From: Chara braunii
Taxonomy: Eukaryota > Plantae > Charophyceae
Assembly (NCBI GenBank): GCA_003427395.1
Contig: BFEA01000001.1
Coordinates: 9,145,457 to 9,196,256, forward strand
Length of the DNA: 50,800 nt
Direction: 5' to 3'
Shown piece by piece: positions 45,263 to 50,800 of the stretch (position 1 is the first letter of the stretch; each line of letters begins with the position of its first letter). The notes below the pieces were generated by a model. That model was not told where the DNA came from. It was given only the letters and a program-made list of their open reading frames with translations, and did not search any database. The position numbers were made by a program, and so were the translations under genes.

Positions 45263-48200
45263 TGTGTCGCTCTCTTTTCTGTATGGGCGCCATCTTCTGC
45301 GCCATAGTACTAAAGGGTTGGAGCTGGGAGGGAAGGTGGAAAAGAAGGGGCCGGCCCAATTACATTAACGCCCCCATTTTTTTTTTTGGAAAAAGTAGGG
45401 ACCACGACAGTTGGTGGGAACGCGTCATAACGAGCGGGGAGAATAACGGTTGATGCAGCTTCTTTCTTTCTTTCTTTTTGATGACGGAACTGGGCAGGGA
45501 ATTTTTGGCGCGACTGTCGCACGAAGAATCTTTTTGAATTTTAAACCCACGCGGGTTCTCAGAATTTCTTTTTGCCATTAGGATAATTTTTTAATTAGGC
45601 TAGGAATTTGGGAACGTCGCACCTTTTTTTTGGCTGTAACTGCACGAGGCTTCTTACTTGCGCACGCATTGCTGCGTCCTATCCTGCGCTCTGCCCCGGT
45701 GTGACTCCCAACCTCACGCCCTGCGCTGCTTCCCGATCGGTGTGTTTTGGTTCGTGGAAGGGCCCCAAGAAGGCAGCGAAGATGGAGTGTGCCAAGGATT
45801 TTTGGAAAATTGAGTGTGAGGACATAGACAGAACTGAAATCCCCCGTGTTGGTCCGACCTTAGTAAGAAAGAGGTCTGTCGCCGTGCGGGTTCAAGGGAG
45901 AAAAAGGCGCGCGCGGGACTCGCGTGGCCGTGCCTATGGGAAATTCAATCCAAAAAGTATCACTGAACGTCCCAGTGAGCCGTCGCTCTTCGTTTCGCGT
46001 GAAAAGGGGCAGGTACACACGTGGTATCCCGTTTACGGATGAGGTCTCATCGGCGTTCGGTACACAACTCTGAATCCGACGTGGAGGGATCCAATCGAGC
46101 AGCCTTCTCCTTGTGCTCGTCCTCGCCACGTGTGTGGTAGTGAAAACCCTTGGCTCGGTAACGCTCGAAGCGGGGACAATCGCTGCACAGTGTCCGACCG
46201 ATGTGGCTCTGCTGCCGTCCACGAGAAGATGATCAATTCGTTAAATGGCAATAACAACAAATAGGGCGGAAAGTGTGTATCAACAATAACAAAACCTGCA
46301 CTGACAAATCCCGAACACCGAGTTTCGGGAGGAAAGTAGTAGCGCCCGCCGATCTTAGCTACCGCTTCTCGTACGTCCCACTCGCATACGCGTATCCTTT
46401 CCTCGTTGTACGGGAAGGGGCGGGGCGGAGGTACGGGAAGTTGGCGCCCGGTCGGGCTGGGGCCGTCAGTCCTCATGGCAACAAGGCAGAAATCCTTCCC
46501 AATCATACATCATCCGTTCAACACTTTAAGTAGCCAGATCATCCATTCGATCAGCCAATCATCATCTCAGCCATCTTACAACAAGCTCTTTAACACGACC
46601 CACTGCATGCACACATCAAGGTGAGAGAGGTAAAGCTACTGTAATCCATCCATTACATCAAACATAATAGAGGGAGAGAGTGAGGGAGAATAGACGCAGA
46701 TCGGAGAGGAGGAAAGAGTAGAGAGCAATCAAAGAAGGGCCGGCGATCTTGTCAAAGGAAATTCCGGCTTAGAAACCGAGTGATTATAACTCACGCTCGA
46801 AGGACAAAAAGGAGAGGCGCTTCTGCCATAAGATTCCACCATGGCCTCAGACCATGCATTCACTTAACTCTCAATTCGACCCTCTCATAAGCACTGACGA
46901 ATCCTGACCGTTACGCGCTAATCCACCGTAGTGATCGTCAGCCCGCCAACTTAGTCTCTGCACAGTTTGGCCCGGATCCCACAATCCGGCCGACGATCCA
47001 GCGCACAACCGACAAGACTGAAGTCAGCCCATCAGGATTCTTCGACTCGCTCTTCACACACACCCTCTAGCCACTGCTTCCGGGAAGCTGGCAGACGAGT
47101 TGAGAGAGAGATTTTTGGGAGCGGCTGCAGAATTTATAGCTGCGAAAAAGGAGATGGACGCTAGGAAGGGTTAGGACTTAGGTAGGGAGGGGTAAGGGGA
47201 AATTTGGGGATAATTGCCCGACGAAAGCCATGTTGATCCCTTGGATCCTAGTCGTGGCCAATCAGAATCGTCGTGTATCAGGATTTTCCTTCTTACACGG
47301 CGCGTCTCCTTAGCTAGAGGGAAGAAAGAGGGAGTCGACAGAGTCTTTTGGCGCGGGGATTAGAACGGGAAGAAGGAGAGCGCGAGGGATAGCGCGAAAC
47401 AGAACCAAGATTCAGATGATCAAGAAAGAGAAAAGACGCGCGAGGCGAAGGAGAGATGGAAAACGGTTACAGAGAAAAGAAGGAGCGGGAGCGCGAAGAG
47501 GAGAGTGTTGAAGGTAGCGAGGGAAGCAAGGAGGGAGGGGAGGGTCGCATGCATGGCGCCGACGCAAAGGCAAAAAGGGCACCGGGACAACAAAAAGGGC
47601 ACCGAAACAGTTAGAACTAATTCAAAATTGACAAGTACCATATTCGCGCGTAGGGCGAGCGCGGGAAAAGTCATATGCCTATTCAGATTCCTGCGAGAGT
47701 TCCCGGAGTTTTCCAAAACGAAGTCGAGAGCGTTCATGCACAAGAAAGGACACGCCAGGTTCCGTTCATTCCGGAATTCATAACTGTTCGACCCAAATTC
47801 CTAGTGTGGTCGCTAAGGCGCGCATAATTCCCATGCATTACCTGAATTGCAAAAGATGAAATTCCCGAAACCGATCCAAAAATGACGAAGGTCCTGAGAA
47901 GGACGGGCCTCCCTGATTACGAACAACGTACATTAATTCATGGAAATAAAAAAAAAGAGGCCCTATCAGCCTGTTTGCAAGACACCAAAATTCGAAAAGA
48001 GAGGGGAGGGGGGGGGGGGGACGGGAAGGGGATTGGAAGATGGCGCAGGTCCGGAAGCTGGCGCGTCACACGCCGCACCTAAATTTTAATCACAACTGTA
48101 ATCTCTTCCTACTCCTTGGCTAGCGCAAATGTAACTGTAATCCTTCCCTTCTTGATATTTTTTAGCGCGACCTTCTTCCTCCTTGTCTCATTGGCCCGAA

Positions 48201-48625
48201 CAATGCATGACTGGACCAATGCGTGGAGAGAGACTACGACCGCCATGCCGCGGTCTAGCAATGCAACTGTAGGCACTTCCTCTCCTCTTTGACTTCAGCA
48301 CAATCCCGACTATCTCGCACAGGTATTAAATTCTATAAAATTTGCAAGCGCGACTAATTTGCTCTCTAATCTACACTTGAGAGTTATCGCAATCGAGAGG
48401 ATCAACTAACAAGCGGAGATAGAAAGGTGAGTAGGGAGTTGAGTGATCCGACAAGCTGGTGCTGGGTAGGCGGGATTGACGTGTGGCCGCGAAGGATTGT
48501 GGCACACGGGTGAACTTGGCTTGCATACTCGGACTTAGCGGGATGACAACTTCGGGTTGTTGATAGGTCCAGAGTGACGGACTGCCCACATCGTGGGAGC
48601 TTCGAGAGAGTGAGAGAGAGAGAGC
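45263..48625 (+). mobile_element. Diverged, 3'-truncated copy of the 11882-13383 LTR family, split by a nested insertion
   Basis: Starts TGTGTCG; homology blocks 45356-45699 vs 11955-12280 and 48093-48625 vs 12309-12830. Confidence 0.75.
45700..48070 (-). mobile_element. Nested solo LTR (about 2.4 kb)
   Basis: TGTGAC...GTCACA termini; sits exactly where host-LTR homology is interrupted; minus-strand CTATAAAT near 47135; no clean TSD. Confidence 0.65.
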
Positions 48626-50435
48626 GGGGTGCTGAAGTGAGGGTTATCTCTTCGCATCTTCTGTATAATTTTGGTTTCAGGTTCTCAACCATCCTTGCTT
48701 CCGACACTCTCGGATTTTCTTTTCTTTGTTTGATGTATGAATTATCTTTCTCTCCTCCATCTCTTCTCCTTTTTTTTAATACAGGATGTATGACAACTCC
48801 AAAATTGATTGATCACTTGAACGATTTGCATGGAGGATTGTCGATTGTGGAAATGAGGGAGTATGAGGAGTAGGGGATGAATGCCCTGCCAATGTATGGA
48901 CAAATGTATGTAATCCCGCCCATTTTTTGTATGACTATGTTTTTGTATATGCGGTAGTGATCGACTGTGTGATATTGCGCGTGATTGACATCTGATGCAT
49001 GAGAATGCTATTTACTCTCCTTTTCCTTCAGCCCATCAAACGACTGTCTGATTTGTAAGATTGATTTGGATCCGATGAGAACAGATCATGTGCACGCACG
49101 TATACGAATGATCACCAGAATGGAAGTCATCACGTATACGCGTGTCTGCATGATTGGTCTCCTTGCACGACCAAATGCATGGGTTAAGTCCCTCTTGCCA
49201 AATATGGATATCCACGTCCCATTCTGGATCACTGACTGTGCCAGTTTGAGGAACCCCGAGGACCGGGAATAGTGGGAGAACGAGCAACTCTTTCGCCGAT
49301 CGAACTTGAGGCTTCCGGCCTACCCATGCCGAACTGAGAACGATCGGCTGTGTGCCTAGGACTTTCACAGGGCTATCGGACGGAATTCCCAAATCTCGGA
49401 CTACCTCGACACCCATAATTACCAGTACTATATTACCCCCAGATTTGTTGCCATTGAAAACTAACTTTCCTCCATTCTCACTCCTTCTTCCCTATCATCA
49501 TCTAATGGTCATCCCTTGGGAATCGATAGCCCTTTGCTAGACCTGCAGGCCGTGTTCTGAGTGCCCACAGTACAACGCCTATCAATCTGCAAGATTTGTA
49601 CGACGAACCCGCTCTGAAGCTAAGCGTCGAGAGCACAGCCTCCGGCTGAGGCCGTCCACGCCAGATTCCGAGATACGTGAAACTCGCCGACGACAGGTGT
49701 TCACCCAGAGAGACACCCACTATGTTCCCACCGTGCATCAAATACGAACCCGCCGGCGAAACTAGTAGGCCCTACACGGAGCCACTTGCATGTTTGTCCT
49801 TGAAACTTGGCACCGTCACACCGAATATCTCTGTTTTGTCCTGGGACTCCACTCCCACTTTCCTAAAATCCTTGGCACACCCCTACTCCGCGCTTTCGAG
49901 GCCCCTCGGGGCCCCTCCCACTCCGAAACCAGAAGTCTCGTTGGGCATGAGGTTGGTATAAGAGCCGACACGTGTCAAGACCAAGGACTAACAAGTGATT
50001 CGGCCTCGCAATTAGACTGACCTAGCGAGCCCAAGACGAGGATGGTATCGACACAGAAACGCGCCAAGGCGCGATCCAGTAGGGACTTGAAGTAGATCGG
50101 CAGGTCGACAGGTAGTTGACATGAACGCTAACCAAGCACCAAACGAAAATGTGTTGCAAGGCGGAGCGAACCTCGCTGGACCCATCCCCGTGCAGCCCAT
50201 CTGGGTTCGTGCGCCCGTAACCCTACCGGATGTTTACCTATTTGATCCTGCCCATCTTTTGGTCGAAGCATGGTTAGCCACACTCCGTGCACAACAATAC
50301 GACAATGACGAGGCTAGGATTAATGTCCCAGCATGATTGGGAGGGAATGTGAATTGCCGGTTCAGCACCTACGCTTGGATTGATCTCCCAACCTTTTAGA
50401 GGGATTTCCTGCGCAGGTTCGACTACATCTGTGTC

Positions 50436-50751
50436 GTCCCCCGTACGTCGTACGGGGGGTCCCCGTATGGACCGTACGGACGGACGGACGGACGCCTGTA
50501 CGGGCGTACGGACGAAAGTCGTCCGATAGTGTTTTTGGGGCCAAAAAAAAACAAAAAACAAATAAAAAAATATGGGGTTGTAGATCTCGAAAAGATCTAC
50601 AACCCCATATATTTTTATTTTTATTTTGTCCTTATAAAAGATTTTTTAAAAATAAAAAACAAAAAAAAAAGGAAAAAAAAGAATCTGGTAGCAAAAAAAA
50701 TTGGGCAGTTGATTGATTGATTGTTTGATTGATTGATTGATTGATTGGATA

Positions 50752-50795
<44 letters not shown>
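50436..50795 (+). mobile_element. Small element with hairpin head, internal palindrome, A-rich body and (GATT)n tail
   Basis: CCCCCGTACG-T-CGTACGGGGG hairpin, (GGAC)n, palindrome with 18-bp arms at 50570-50610, (GATT)n at 50709-50794. Confidence 0.55.
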
Positions 50796-50796
<1 letters not shown>

Positions 50797-50800
50797 CGGT

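Overview
Repeat-rich eukaryotic draft-assembly DNA from a streptophyte plant or alga. The plant-type U6, plant-type cystathionine beta-lyase and TE content fit a charophyte such as Chara (inference). The only apparently intact host gene is a GC-rich, intronless, sequence-divergent cystathionine beta-lyase-like PLP enzyme (2776-4053, minus strand). The rest is nested, decayed mobile DNA: (1) a Penelope-like (Chlamys-type) retroelement with a hammerhead ribozyme, a CCHC gag-like ORF and an N-terminal GIY-YIG domain; (2) two Ty3/Gypsy remnants joined tail-to-tail, one with unexplained extra ORFs between LTR and gag; (3) L1-type LINE copies; (4) a poly(A)-tailed U6 retrocopy with a target-site duplication (TSD); (5) an ALOG-like tyrosine-recombinase pseudogene; (6) several Harbinger- and hAT-type MITEs; (7) small hairpin-headed elements ending in (GATT)n; (8) satellites of about 91 bp and about 121 bp. 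There are three N gaps (5926-5999, 19115-19605, 38796-39310) and an untrimmed Nextera mate-pair junction adapter (42152-42189). All family assignments come from motif recognition by eye, not database searches.
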